This document shows, in pieces, positions 32,880 through 46,954 of a DNA stretch of 64,000 nucleotides. Below the pieces are notes generated by a model. The model was not told where the DNA came from, did not search any database, and was given only the letters and a program-made list of their open reading frames with translations. The position numbers were made by a program, and so were the translations under genes. Source of the DNA: the human T2T-CHM13v2.0 reference genome, Homo sapiens; the NCBI RefSeq assembly GCF_009914755.1, contig NC_060925.1; one strand, given 5' to 3'. How positions within the stretch are numbered: position 1 is the first letter of the stretch; the number at the start of each line of letters is the position of its first letter.

Positions 32880-33511
32880 TGTAGTAAACAATTTAACTTC
32901 ACTCAAAGCATGGTCTGACATTTGCCCTTGACTCCTGGGAGGTAATCTCCAGGCCCTTGGAATGTCCTGTCTGAAAAAATATCTTTGTTTGCCTGGGATC
33001 CTTGGGCCAGCCAGATACTAACAATCTAATTTAGGGTGAGGGCTTTGGGGCATGTGGTATCAGTTGACCTCCAGAAAGAAAGTCTGAAGACTGAAGTCAG
33101 CCATGTGAGCAGCCAGCCAGGTTTATGTGATCAAGCTCCAATAAAGACCTGGACACCAAGGCTCTGGTGTACTTCCCTAGCTGGCAATATTCCATGGGTA
33201 CAGTCACATATTGATACCAGAAAACTAATGGCATTGGCAAGAATATGAAGCATTCTTGCCAAAGCTGTCCATGACTCATGAGTAAAGAACAACTGGCAGT
33301 TTTGCTTTTGGTACTTTTTTGAACTCTGTTCTATGCACCTCTTCCTCTGGCTGATTCTAATCTGTATCCTTTAGCTGTAATAAACCATAATCATGAGCAT
33401 AATAGCTTTCAGTGAGTTTTGTGGGGTTTTATCTTGATGGTCTTGGGAATCACCAAACTTGCAATTAGTATCAGAAGAAAGAGTGGTCTTACAGACTGTT
33501 CCTCTAACTTC
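32880..33511 (+). mobile_element. MER21-type LTR in L1MB
   Basis: TGTAGTAAACAATTTAAC...CTGGGAGGTAATCTCCAGGCCCTTGGAATGTC; L1 resumes at GAACTTTGAAAACATTATG. Confidence 0.75.
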
Positions 33512-34464
33512 TGAACTTTGAAAACATTATGGTAAGTGAAAGAAGCTAGATACAAACGTTATGCATTTTAATACATTTTAAGGAAATGTTCAAAATAGGC
33601 AACTACGTAGAAAAAGAAAGTAGATTAGTGATTGCCAGGGGCTGAGAAAGAAGAAAACGAGGAGTGACTGTTAAAGGATATGGGTTTCTTTCAGGAGTGA
33701 GGAAAATGTTCTAGAATTAGATAGTGTTGATGGTTGCACAACTGTGTTAGTACACTAAAGCCTACTAAATTGTACACTTTAAAGGAGTGAATTTTGTGAT
33801 ACATGAATTACATCTTTTTTAAAAAGCTTAGTATTTGTGCCCCATAGATTTCCTTTGACCAGGCCCAGAGATAAAAAAGAAAAGGGGGATTGACTGGAGC
33901 TGGTAATTTAGTTACCCCAAATGCACTAATAAGCAAAGTCTTGCTAGGGGAATAATTCCTTAGCATGCCTCTATGTGACTTCTCAGGAGAGGCTTCAGTG
34001 GATGAGGGACTAGGGGAGCAGAAGTAACAAACAGAAGCTAACAGCCTTGGGCTCTGCTCTTCATCTCACACATACCCTCTGGATAGACAGTAAAATTCAG
34101 TGTCAGTTTCTCCATAAAAATTTCCTGTTTAGAAAAAAACCACCTCTTCTGCTTTCTTTTCTCATTAAAATGTCACTTCTAAGTCATTTAGAAAGGGTCA
34201 GGTTGCATGTTGGCTCAAAAACCTTTGACAGCTACTGTAATTGCCTAGAGGTTAATAACAGTGATGTCTCTCACAAGTTCAATTTTGAAGTTTCTGCCAA
34301 GCCATTACATGTAACCAGGGTAAAGAAATCAAAGGACATTAGAGAGAAGAGAAGAAAACCCAATCTCATCTACCTCTGGACCGTTACCTCTTCCTTGGGA
34401 CAGGACAAGTTTCTAAGTTGCTGTTCCCTGGTGTAGTTGCATTAGCTCTGATATCTGATCCTGA

Positions 34465-34847
<383 letters not shown>

Positions 34848-34947
34848 TTATCTTTGCTATTTTTAAAAATGGAATACTGCCACCCCTCCTGCTCTGCCTC
34901 AGGGCCATCTTGACAAAACTCTTTTATATACTATTACTATAGGGTGA

Positions 34948-35374
<427 letters not shown>

Positions 35375-36615
35375 ATAGACATGCATTAAAATAGCATCTT
35401 TTATCATCTGGAGTTGGTTACTTTTAGGAAATAAAACAGAAGATATCTTAAAAACATGTTCAAAGGGTGCTCTAATTGCTTGTGTCTCAAGCATCATGGT
35501 ATCAATTTTTCCTCTTTTATGGTCATGTAATCACATTTAATTCCTTCTTTCTATTCTTAAAATAAACATCCTAGAGGGAATTATGTTCTCCATTCTACAG
35601 ATGAGAATACTGAGTTGACAAAGTTTGCATAACTAGCTTAAACTTCACTTAACTGGTCAGTGGCTGAGATGGGCTTTGAACCATAGTTTTCCAACTACCA
35701 TATTCACACTCTGTCTACCAGAGCAGTGGCTTCCAGATCTGGTGATAATCAAAATTGCCTCAAATGCTGTGAGAATCAACAGACATAATACCCATTGCTA
35801 CATCTTGCTGTCCATCTATTCTATTCTTAAGAGACTTTAAAAAATTCCATCTTTAACACAGTGCTGCATCTTTCATGTTTTCCTTGGGTATTCCTTTCTG
35901 AGAGAATTCTCTAGCTTGAGTCTGGGAGTCAGCATAGTAGAATGGGCAAGCACATGAGTTTGGAGCCAGTATCTGAGTCAAAATCTTTGTTCACTATATG
36001 ATTTTAAACAAGTTATTTGACCTTGCTATGTCTTTGTTTACTATGCAATGGGAATAATGTATCCTTCAAAGATTAAATGAAGAGATTACAAAGATTAAAC
36101 AAGCTAATGATGTAAAATAGCTAATGAGGTGCTAGGCACAGGGTAATGTTCAATAAGTCACATCTCACAGTACTCTAGCTCACCCCTCTTCAGAGGAAAG
36201 GAAAAGAAGTCAAAGGAGCCAGAATCCAAGCCCATTTAAACAGTCTATCCCTGGCCAGCATTCTGGTCAGGGGCTGCTCTTCCCATGTGACCTTCCATCT
36301 AGCACTTGAATGTTGCTGTTATGGATCCAGATGTTTCCCATGTATTTGTTTTTCAAATCAACTTAAAACTGGCAAAAGAAAGATCATGCTCCTTCAAAAT
36401 TAGAAATCCAAATGCTAATGAAAATCCAATTCACCTACTATGTAATGATGACCTACTATGACAGTCACTGGAAGATTAAAAAAGACAAATAAGCAGGACA
36501 TAGTCCGTGCCTTTGAGGAACATGTGTTTTATTAGAGAGAATTAGATAAGGTCATAAATGACAACAGGCATACCTTGTTTTATTGTGCTTCATATATTGT
36601 ACTTCGTAGATATTG

Positions 36616-36616
<1 letters not shown>

Positions 36617-36669
<53 letters not shown>
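36617..36669. repeat. T53 mononucleotide run
   Basis: Uninterrupted T from 36617 to 36669 inside Tigger1. Confidence 0.95.
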
Positions 36670-36675
<6 letters not shown>

Positions 36676-37226
36676 TGAAGGGTTTTGGCAACTCTGCATT
36701 GAGCAAGTCTATTGGTGCCATTTTTCCAATAGCATATGCTCACTTTGTGTCTCTGTGTCACATTTTGGTAATTTACAAAATATTTAAAATTTTTTCATCT
36801 TTATTATATCTGTTACAGTGATCTGTGATCAGTAATCTTTGATGTTACTATTGTCATTCTTCCTTTGGGTAACCATGAACTGTGCCCATGTAAGATGGTA
36901 AATGTAATCAATAACTGTTGAGTGTTCTGACTACTCTGCCACCTGATCATTCCCCCATCTCCCTCCTTCTCTCTTCTTGAGCCCCCCAATCCCTGACACA
37001 ATAATATTAAAATTAGGCCAATTAATAAATCTACAATGGTCTCTAATTGTTGAAGTGAAAACAAGTCTCACATTTTTATGTTAAATCAAAAGCTAGAAAT
37101 GATTAATTTAGTGAGGAAGCCATGTCAAAAGCTAAGATAGGCTGAAAGCTGGGGCTCTTTTGCCAGTTATCCCAATTGTGAATGCAAAGGAAAAGTTCTT
37201 AAGGGAAATTAAAAGTGCCACTGCAG

Positions 37227-39522
37227 AGCCAGATCTTGAGTCTGAGGTGTTAAGAGTTTACCCTGAGGCCAAGAGAGAAGCCACAGAAGGTTCACGGGAG
37301 GGGGAGGACATGAGACATCCAACAGGTCTGAGTTCCTCTCACAGCAGTAGGCTTTGGTCTGAGTCAGGATGAGTCTAGGACTTGCTCCCCAAGGGACTGT
37401 GGGGACTGGGAGGAGCGGGGGAGCAGGGAGAAGGTCCAAGCTGAGGGGAACGGCAAAGAGATGTGAAGGAGATGCTCTCTGATCAGGACACACTCAGAGG
37501 TACCCATTTCACGTTGCTAACATGCCAGTCGCTGTGCACTTCTCCATAATGGAGATGTTATCATTATGAGGAAACTGAGGTTCAGAGAAGTCGAGAGACT
37601 TGCATGAGATCACACAGTGAGAAAGTGGCCCGGTTCAGAGCCCACACCCTTAACCCCATATTCCACTGCCAGATAGGACTCCCCAGACCCCATGTGGAGC
37701 TGGGTCAGTGGGGCCTCTCCCACTTGCACCTTATCTGACTCCAGGTCCCACCCTGAGACAGGCTGGTTCCAGGTGGTAGTGAGACGGGACCCCCTGGGAC
37801 CATGCCAGGCTGGGACGGCCACCATCTGAGGTCGCCCCGGGTCCTTTCCCCTAGCTATGGAGACCAGGTGCAGCACTTCAAGGTGCTGCGCAAGGCCTCG
37901 GGGAAGTACTTCCTGTGGGAGGAGAAGTTCAACTCCCTCAACGAGCTGGTCGACTTCTACCGCACCACCACCATCGCCAAGAAGCGGCAGATCTTCCTGC
38001 GCGACGAGGAGCCCTTGCTCAAGTCACCTGGGGCCTGCTTTGCCCAGGCCCAGTTTGACTTCTCAGCCCAGGACCCCTCGCAGCTCAGCTTCTGCCATGG
38101 CGACATCATTGGGGTCCTGGAGCATCCAGACCCCCCACTGGTGGCGGGGCCAGTCCTGCGGGCGCGTTGGCTTCTTCCCACGGGGTTATGTGCAGCCCGT
38201 GCACCTGTGAGCAGCCCGGCAGCCGATCTGGCCAATGGGCCATTTTACAGGAACTGAGGTCCAGAGAGGACATGGACACCCCCAGCCCGGTCAGAGTCAC
38301 ACGGGGCTCAGTGGACTGCCTTGGACTGAACCGTGGGCTTCTAACTGCCTCCGGCCACTTCGCACAAACTGGGATGGCCCAGGTTCCCCAGCAAGGTTAC
38401 CCAGCAAGGGTAGCTCCAGGGCTTCCTGGCTGGTTGCCTCCCATTGGCTGCCAGCTGTGTGACACCACAGGGCGGAGTCTGTAGAGACCCCACCCACCTC
38501 CTCTTGTCAATGGCCCCATCTGCCAGGAAGGTTGAGGACTCCTAGGTTTCACCCACTGGAGGCTCAACCTGAGGAACCCTGGCCATGGTGGGTGGGTTCA
38601 CCTTGGGTTGACCACCCACTGGGCCTGCCTACCCCTCCTTCAAAAGGCCCCTGGAGTTGTTCGGGCTGTTGGGAGGTGGCTCAGCCTCGAAGGACAGACT
38701 GCACACCTGTTGACCTAAATTCACTGGACAGACTCCAGGTGGACACCAACTCCTCAACAGCCCCATGACTTCAGCTCCACCTGGGGCACCCAGCACCCCC
38801 TGCCCCACCACAGGGCTAGAGGCCCTGAGACCCTGAAAAAGGGGCAGGCAGTAGGGAAGGTGGAGGCACACTCCTCTTCTGTTGGACAGGTGAGCTCTGA
38901 GGGCAAGCCCTGGGCCTAGCCATGCAGAGACCCTGGCTGCCCTGGCTCTTGTTTGTTTAGGCCCAGATTCTGCCCAGACCAGGGCCCAGGAGAGCTCTCA
39001 GGAGGCTGAGAAACCTCCAGGGCAGACAGAAAGTTGGGGCCAGAGCTGGGTTTTAGAGATCCTACAGGATCCCACATGGGACAGCTACCTAGGTGGGGCA
39101 CGGCCCCTACCCGAGAACGGGAGGGTCCTCCAGAGAATGTGCCACCATCGAGGATATGAGCAGGGCCTGTCCAGAGCCTGGGCACCTTTGGGAGCAGGAA
39201 AAGTGAGGTGGGACTTGGAAAGGCTTTGAATGCCAGGCTGATGGTCGAGGGGCAAGTGGGCAGGGAGGGAGTGCAAGGAGGCTCCCACTGGCATTTGGTA
39301 GCAGGTGGGTGGAGGGAGGAGCCCCTGGAGATGGCTGCAGTCCCTTAATGAGGGGCCTTGCTCTGGGCATGTGGGGCTTTCCCTCCATCCAGAGCTGGCC
39401 CAAGACCCTTGGAGCCCTGAGTGCTGGCAAGTCTCACTGCTCCTGTGTATTCAAAAGGAAACAGTAAAACCAACATCAGGATGTCCATCAGAAATCTAAT
39501 TTTCTTTCCAAAAAAAAAAAAA
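37227..39522 (+). pseudogene. GRAP: Semi-processed retrocopy of GRAP (GRB2-related adaptor protein): intron 3 tail + exon 4 + exon 5 + 3' UTR + poly(A)
   Basis: Translation YGDQVQHFKVLR..YFLWEEKFNSLNELVDFYR..SPGACFAQAQFDF..WWRG..GFFP..VQPVHL matches the GRAP SH2 C-half and C-SH3. Frameshift of +1 C at 38131-38136. AGTAAA at 39463, A tract 39510-39526, 16-bp TSD AAAAGTGCCACTGCAG (37211-37226, 39523-39538) at a TT/AAAA site. Confidence 0.95.
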
Positions 39523-42500
39523 AAAAGTGCCACTGCAGTGAATACATGAAGAAGAGACGGCCTTGTTGCTGATGTAAAGAAAGTTTTAGTGGTCTGGATA
39601 GAAGATCAAGCCAGCCACAACATTCCCTTAGACGAAAGTCTAATCCAGAGCAAGGTCCCAACTCTCTTCAATTCTATGAAGGCTGAGAGAGGTGAGGAAG
39701 GCAAGAAGAAAAGTTTGAAGCTAGCAGGGATTGGTTCATGAAGTTTAAGGAAAGAAGCCATCGCCATAACCTAAAAGTACAAGGTGAAGCAGCAAGTGCT
39801 GATGGAGAAGCAGTAGCAAGTTATCCAGAAGACCTAACTAAAATAATTGAGGAAAGTGGTTACACTAAACAACATAGATAATATAGATAAAACCACCTTA
39901 TATTGGGAGAAGATGCCATTTAGGACTATCATAGCTAGGGAAGAAAAGTCAGTGCCTGGCTTCAAAGCTTCGAAGGACAGTCTGCCTCACTTGTTCAAGG
40001 CTAATGCAGCTGGTAACTTAAAGTTGAAGCTAGTTCTGATTTGCCATTCTGAAAATCCCAGGGCTCCTAAAAATATGTTAAATCTACTCTGCCTATGCTT
40101 TATAAACGTAACAACAAAGCCTGGATAACAAGACATCTGTTTACAGCATGGTTTACTGAATATTTTAAGCCCACTTTTGAGAACTACTGCTCAGAAAAAA
40201 CTATTTCTTTCAAAATATTACTACTCATTGACAATACATCTGTTCACACAAGAGCTCTGATAGAGATATACATAGAAATTAATGTTGTTTTTGTATCTGC
40301 TAACACAGCATCCATTCTGCAGCCTATGGATTAAGGGGTAATTTCAACTTCCAACTTTTACCGTGTAACAAATACATTTTGTAAGGCTATAGCTGCTATA
40401 AATAGTGATTCTTCTGATGGATCTGGGCAAAGTGAATTGAAAATCTTCTAGAAAGTATTACCCATTCTAGATGCTTTTAATAACATTCATGATTCATGAG
40501 AGGAGGCCAAAATATTAACATTAACAGGAGTTTGGGAGAGTTGATTCCAACCCTCGTGAATGGCTTTGAGGAGTTCGAGACTTTAATGGAGAAAGTAACT
40601 GCAGATATGAAAGAAGTAACAAGAGAACTAGAACTTGAAGTGGGGCCTGAAGAGGTGCCCAGATTAGTGCAATCTCATGATAAAATGTGAATGAATGAGG
40701 AATTGTTTCTTATAGATGAGCAAAGAAAGTGGTTTCTTGAAATGGAATCTGCTCCTGATGACACTGTTAACATTGTTAAAATGATGACAAAGGATTTAGA
40801 ATATTATATAAACTAAGTTGATAAAGCAGTGGCAGGGTTTGAGAGTATTAACTCCAAATTTGAAAGAAGTTCTACTGTAGGTAAAATGCTATAAAACAGT
40901 ATCTCATGCTACAGAGAAAGCTTTAGTGAAAGGAAGAGTTCAATGATGCAACAAATTTCATTGTTGTCTTATTTTAAGAAATTGCCACAGCCATGTCAAC
41001 CTTCAGCAACCACCACCCTGATCAGTTAGCAGCCATCAACATATAGGCAAAACCCTCCACCAACAAAGAGATTACAAATGGCTGAAGGCTGAAATGATTA
41101 TTAATATTTTTAAGCAATAATTTATTTTAAAATTAAGGTATGAACATTATTTTAAACATAATGCTACGGCATAATTAATATGTTTCATTATAGTGTAAAC
41201 ACAACTTTATATGCACTGGGAAACCAAAAAATCTGTGTGACTCTCTTTATTGTGGTGGTCTAGAACTGAACCTGCAGTATCTCCAAGGTATGCCTGTATA
41301 TATAAAGTGCAATAAGAGAAGCTGCACAAGACAGAAGAAAGGTATTTTAAGAGTTCCAGGGAAGAAAAAGGTACTTCCACTTTGATTAAGATTTCATGAA
41401 GGAGGATTAAAATGGCAGACAGGAGGCAGAAGTAGCTTTCAGCTTCTATTCAGCCAGACAGAGCAGCATGAGGAGGTTCACATTGTGAGCTTTTGCTCCA
41501 AGAAATACCACAGGAACATACCATGAAAACTGAGAGAATCCACAGACCCTTTGAAGGAACTGGATTGCCGCTGAAGGCTCCCTGAGATTCCAAAAAACTG
41601 TGATTCTGCTTGCTTTCTCAGTGAGGAGGCTGGTGGTCTGGGGCAAGTTCTCAGCCCTGGTCACTGGCTGTCTCGAAATAGACCCTGTGCTGTTGCGTGG
41701 CAGGATGGGAGTGAGACCAGCCTTTAGGACTGAGGGCTGTGTGGGAGAGGGGTGAGGCCTGTGACTGCCAGCTTTCCCCCACTTCCCTGGTGACCTGTGT
41801 GACTCAACAGAGGCAGCCATAATCCCCCTGGGAACATAACTCCATTGGCCTGGGAACTGCACCCCCAACCACCACAGCAGCCACATCAAGCCCCGCCCGA
41901 GGAAAGGCTTAGCTCAGACACACCTATCCCTTTCCCCACCTTCTGGTCTTTCTCTACCCACCCTGGCTGCCAAAGAAAAAGGACATAATCTCTTGGGAGC
42001 TTGTGGCCCTGCCCACTGCCTGAGAAACCTAAATACTTAACTAGCTGACCCTAGCCAAGATTCCTTCCTGCCTATATACCACAGCTAATGCACTCTTGAA
42101 AGTGTCACCTCCTGGCTGGAGGCCAACCAACATAAAACCAGCACACTAAACAAAAATACAGCCAAGGACACTCAAAAGGTCCACTTCACTTACCTGCTAC
42201 CTCCACCAGAGCAGGTGCTGGTATCCAAAGCTGAAAGACCTGAAGACAGTTCATATCATAGGACTCTTTGCAGACACTCCCTGGTACCAGCCCAGAGCCT
42301 GGTAGCTCTGCTGTGTGGGTAGACCCAGAAGAGCAAAAACAATCACTACAGTTAGGGTCTCAGGAAGCACCATTCCTAGGGAAGTCCCCCTAGGAAAAGG
42401 ACATCAAGGAAGCACCCCACAGACAAAAGAATCTGAACTGCCCTTGAGTCCCAGATCTCACCTCTGACATAGTCTACCCAAATGAGAAGAAACCAGCAAA

Positions 42501-45500
42501 ACAATTTTGGTAATATGGCAAAATAAGTTTATTTAACACCCCCCAAAATTACACCAGCTCACCAGCAATGGATCCAAACCAAGATGAAATCTCAGAATTG
42601 CCAGAAAAAGAATTCAGAAGGTCGATTATTAAGCTAATCAAGGAGGCACCAGAGAAAGATGCAGTCCAACTTAAAGAAATTGAAAACATGATACAGGATA
42701 TGAAAGGAAAAATCTTCAGAGAAATAGATAACATAAATAAAAAATAATCACACTTCTAGAAATCAAAGACACACTTAGAAAAATGCAAAATGCACTGGAA
42801 AGTCTCAGCAATAGAATCGAACAGCAGAAGAAAGAACTTGAGACCTCAAAGACCAGGCTTTCAAATTAAACTAATCCATCAAAGACAAAGAAAAAAGAAT
42901 TTTAAAAAATGAACGAAGGGTCCAAGTAGTTTAGGACTATGTTAAGCATCCAAACCTAAGAAAAGTTGGTGTTTCTAAGGAAGAAGAGAAATCTAAAAGT
43001 TTGGAAAATATATTTGAGGGAATAATCAAGGAAAAGTTCCCTGGCCTTGCTAGAGATTTAGACATCCAAATACAAGAAGCTGAAAGAACAACTGGGAAAT
43101 TCATCGCAAAAAGTTCATTGCCTAGGCACGTAGTCATTAAGTTATCTAAAGTCAAGAGGAAGAAAAGAATCTTAAGAGCTAAGAGGTAAAACCATCAGGT
43201 AACACATAAAGGAAAACCTATAAGACTATCAGCAGATTTCTCAGGAGAATATCTACAAGCTAGAAGAGATTGGGGTCTTCATTTTAGCCTCCTTAAGCAA
43301 AACAATTATCAGCTAAGAATTGTGTATCCAGTGAAACTAAGCTTCATAAATGAAGAAAAGAAACATTTTTTTCCAGAAAAACAAATGCTTAGAGAATTCA
43401 CCACTACCAAGCTAGCACTATATGAACTGCTAAAAGGAGCTCTAGGTCTTGAAACAAATCCTCAAAATACACCAGAATAGAACCTCGTTAAAGCATAAAT
43501 CTCACAGGACCTATAAAACAATAACACAATTTAAAAAAAGGGTATTTAGGCAACAAATGTCATGATGAATAGAATAGTAGCTCATATTTCAATACTAACA
43601 TTGAATATAAATGGCCTAAATGTACCACTTAAAAGATACAGATTGGTAGAATAAATAAGAATTCACCAACCAAGTTTCTGCTGTCTTCAGGAGACTCACT
43701 TAACACATAAGGACTTACATAAACTTAAGGTAAGTGAGTAGAAAAAGATATTCCATGCAAATGGACACCAAAGGTGAGCAGGAATAGCTATTCTTATATC
43801 AGACAAAACAAACTTTAAATCAACAACAGTTAAAAACGACAAAGAGGGACATTATATGATGATAAAAGGACTAGTCCAATAGGAGAATATCACAATCCTA
43901 AATATATATGTACCTAACACTGGAGCTCCCAAATGTATAAAGCAATTACTACTAGACTAGACCTAAGAAATGAGATAGATAGCAACACAATAATCGTGGG
44001 TGACTTTAATACTCCACTGACAGCACTAGACAGGTCATCAAGACAGAAACTCAACAAAGAAGCAATGGACTTAAACTATATCCTACAACAAATGGACTTA
44101 ACCGATGCTTACAGAACATTCTACCCAACAACTGCAGAATATGCATTCTATTCATCAGCACATGGAACATTCTCCAAGATAGATCACATGATAGACCACA
44201 AAACAAGTCTCTGTAAATTTAAGAAAATTGAAATTATATCAAGTATTTTCTCAGTCCACAATGGAAGAAAATTGGAAATCAATGCCAAAAGGATTCCTCA
44301 AAACCATCCAAATAAATGGATATTAAATAACCTGCTCCTGAATGATTGGTGGGTCAACAATGAAATCAATATTGAAATTAAAAAAATTTTGAACTGAACG
44401 ATAATAGTGACACAACCTATCAAAACCTCTGGGATATGGCAAAAGTGGTGCTAAGAGGAAAGTTCATAGCATTAAATGCCTACATCAAAAAGTCTGAAAG
44501 AGCACAAATAAACAATCTAAGGTAATACTTCACAGAACTGAAGAAACCAGAATAATCCAAACGAAAGCCCAGCAGAAGAAAAGAAATAGTAAAATCAGAG
44601 CAGAATTAAATGAAATTGAAACAAAAAAATACGATACAAAAGAAAAATGAAACGAAAAAACCACTTCTTTGAAAAGATAAATAAAATTGATAGACTGTTA
44701 GTGACATTAAACAAGAAAGGAAGAGAGAAGATCCAAATAAGCTCAATTAGAAGTGAAATGGGAGATATTACTACTGATACCACAGATATATGAAAGATTA
44801 TTCAAGGCTACTATGAACAACTTTACACTCATAAACTAGAAAACCTAGAGGAGATAGATAAATTCCTGGAAATATACAACCCTCCTAGATTAAACCATGA
44901 AGATATAGAATCTCTGAATAGACCAATAACAAGAAGCAAGATTAAAATGGTAATAAAAAAGATGCCAACAAAAAAAAGTCCAGGACCAGATGGAGTCACA
45001 GCTGAATTCTATCAGATGTTTGAAGAATTGGTACCAATCCTATTGACACTATTCCACAAGAAAGCGAAAGAGAGAATCCTCCCAAAATTATTCTATGAAG
45101 CCAGTACCACCTAATACCAAAGCCAGGGAAAGACATAAAAAAAGAAAACTACAGACCAATATCCCTGATGAACATAGATGCAAAAAATCCTCAATAAAAT
45201 ACTAGCTAAACAAATCCAACAGCATATTAAAAAGAAAATGCACCATGATCAAGTGGGTTTTATATCAGGGATGCAGGGATGGTTTAACATCCACAAGTGA
45301 ATAAATGTGATACACCACATAAACAGAATTGAAAACAAAAATCATGTAATCATAACAATAGATGCAGAAAAAACATGTGACAAAATCCAGCATCCCTTAA
45401 TGATTAAAACCCTCAGGAAAATCAGCATAGAAGGGATATACCTTAAGGTAATAAAATCCGTCTATGACAAACCCATAGCCAATATTACACTGAATGAGAA

Positions 45501-46954
45501 AAAGTTGAAATCATTCCCTCTGAGAACTGGAACAAGACAAAAATGCAGACTTTCAACACATCTATTCAACATACTACTGGAAGTCCTAGCCAGAGCAATC
45601 AGACAAGAGAAAGAAATCAAGGGCATCCAACTTGGTAAAGAGGAAGTCAGACTGTCACTGTTTGCTGATGATAGGATCATATACCTAGAAAACCCAAAAG
45701 ACTCATCCAAAAAGCTCCTAGAATTGGTAAATAAATTCAGCAAAGTTTCAGGATACAAAATTAATGTACACAAATCAGTAGCTCTGCTATACACCAACAG
45801 CAACCAAGCTGAGAATCAAATAAAAAACTCAACCCCTTTTACAATAGCTGCAATAAAAATTTTAAAATTTCAGAATATACCTAACCAACCAGGTGAAAGA
45901 CCTCTACAAGGAAAACTACAAAACACTGCTGAAAGAAATCATAGACATCACACAAACAATTGGAAGCACATCTCATGCTCATAAATGGGTAGAATCAATA
46001 CTGTGAAAATGACCATACTACCAAAAGCAATATACAAATTTAATGTAATTTCCCTCAAAATACCACATCATTCTTCACAGAACAAGAGAAAACAATTCTA
46101 AAATTCATATAGGACCAAAAAAGAGCCAGCATAGTTAAAACCAGACTAAACAAAAATAAAAAATATGGAGGCATGACAGTACCTGACTTTAAACCACACT
46201 ATATATAAGGCCATAGTCACCAAAACAGCATGGTACTGGTATAAAAATAGGCACATAGACCAATGGAACAGAATAGAGAATCCAGAAATAAAGCCAAATA
46301 CTTACAACCAACTGATATTTGTGAAAGCAAACAAAAACATAAAGTGGGGAAAGGACACCCTATTCAACAAATGCTGCTGGGATAATTGGCAAGCCACATG
46401 TGAAGAATGAAACTGGATCCTCATCTCTCACCTTATACAAAAATCAACTCAAGGTGGATCAAAGACTTAAATCTAAGACTGAAACCATAAAAACTCTAGA
46501 AGATAACATCAGAAAAATCCTACTAAACATTGGGTTAGGCAAAGACTTCATGGCCAAGAACCCAAAAGCAATTGCAACAAAAACAAAGATAAATAGATGG
46601 AACTTAATTAAACTAAAAACCTTCTGCACAGCAAAAGAAATAATCAGCAGAGTTAACAGACAACCCACAGAGTGGGAGAAAAATTTTCACAATCTATACA
46701 TTCCACAAAGGACTAATATCCAGAATCTACAAAGAACTCAAACAAATCAGCAAGAAAAAAACAAACAACCCTATCAAAAAGTGGGCCAAGGACATGAATA
46801 GACAATTATCAAAAGAAGATATACTAATGGCCAAGAAGCACATGGAAAAATGCTCAACACCACTAATGATCAGGGCAGTGCAAATCAAAACCACAATGTG
46901 ATACCACCTCACTCCTGCAAGAATAGCCATAATAAAGAAAATAATAGATGTTGG

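Larger units (their letters stand above)
36565..41296 (+). mobile_element. Full-length Tigger1 DNA transposon (transposase decayed), interrupted by the GRAP retrocopy
   Basis: TIRs CAGGCATACCTTG (36565) and CAAGGTATGCCTG (41296) followed by TA; about 2.4 kb after removing the insert; transposase fragments in ORFs 39847-40128 and 40095-40334 ([21 protein letters not shown]). Confidence 0.95.

Noticed and set aside
37227-39522. Functional GRAP/GRAPL gene or segmental duplication
   Set aside because: Poly(A), TSD, the spliced exon 4/5 junction, missing exons 1-3 and a frameshift show a retrocopy.
39847-40690. Transposase-like ORFs as a domesticated TIGD-type gene
   Set aside because: The Tigger1 ORF is split by the retrocopy, stops and frameshifts.
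43933-46801. Long ORFs (154, 225, 133 aa) with endonuclease and RT motifs
   Set aside because: Fragments of a decayed L1 ORF2, separated by stops and frameshifts.
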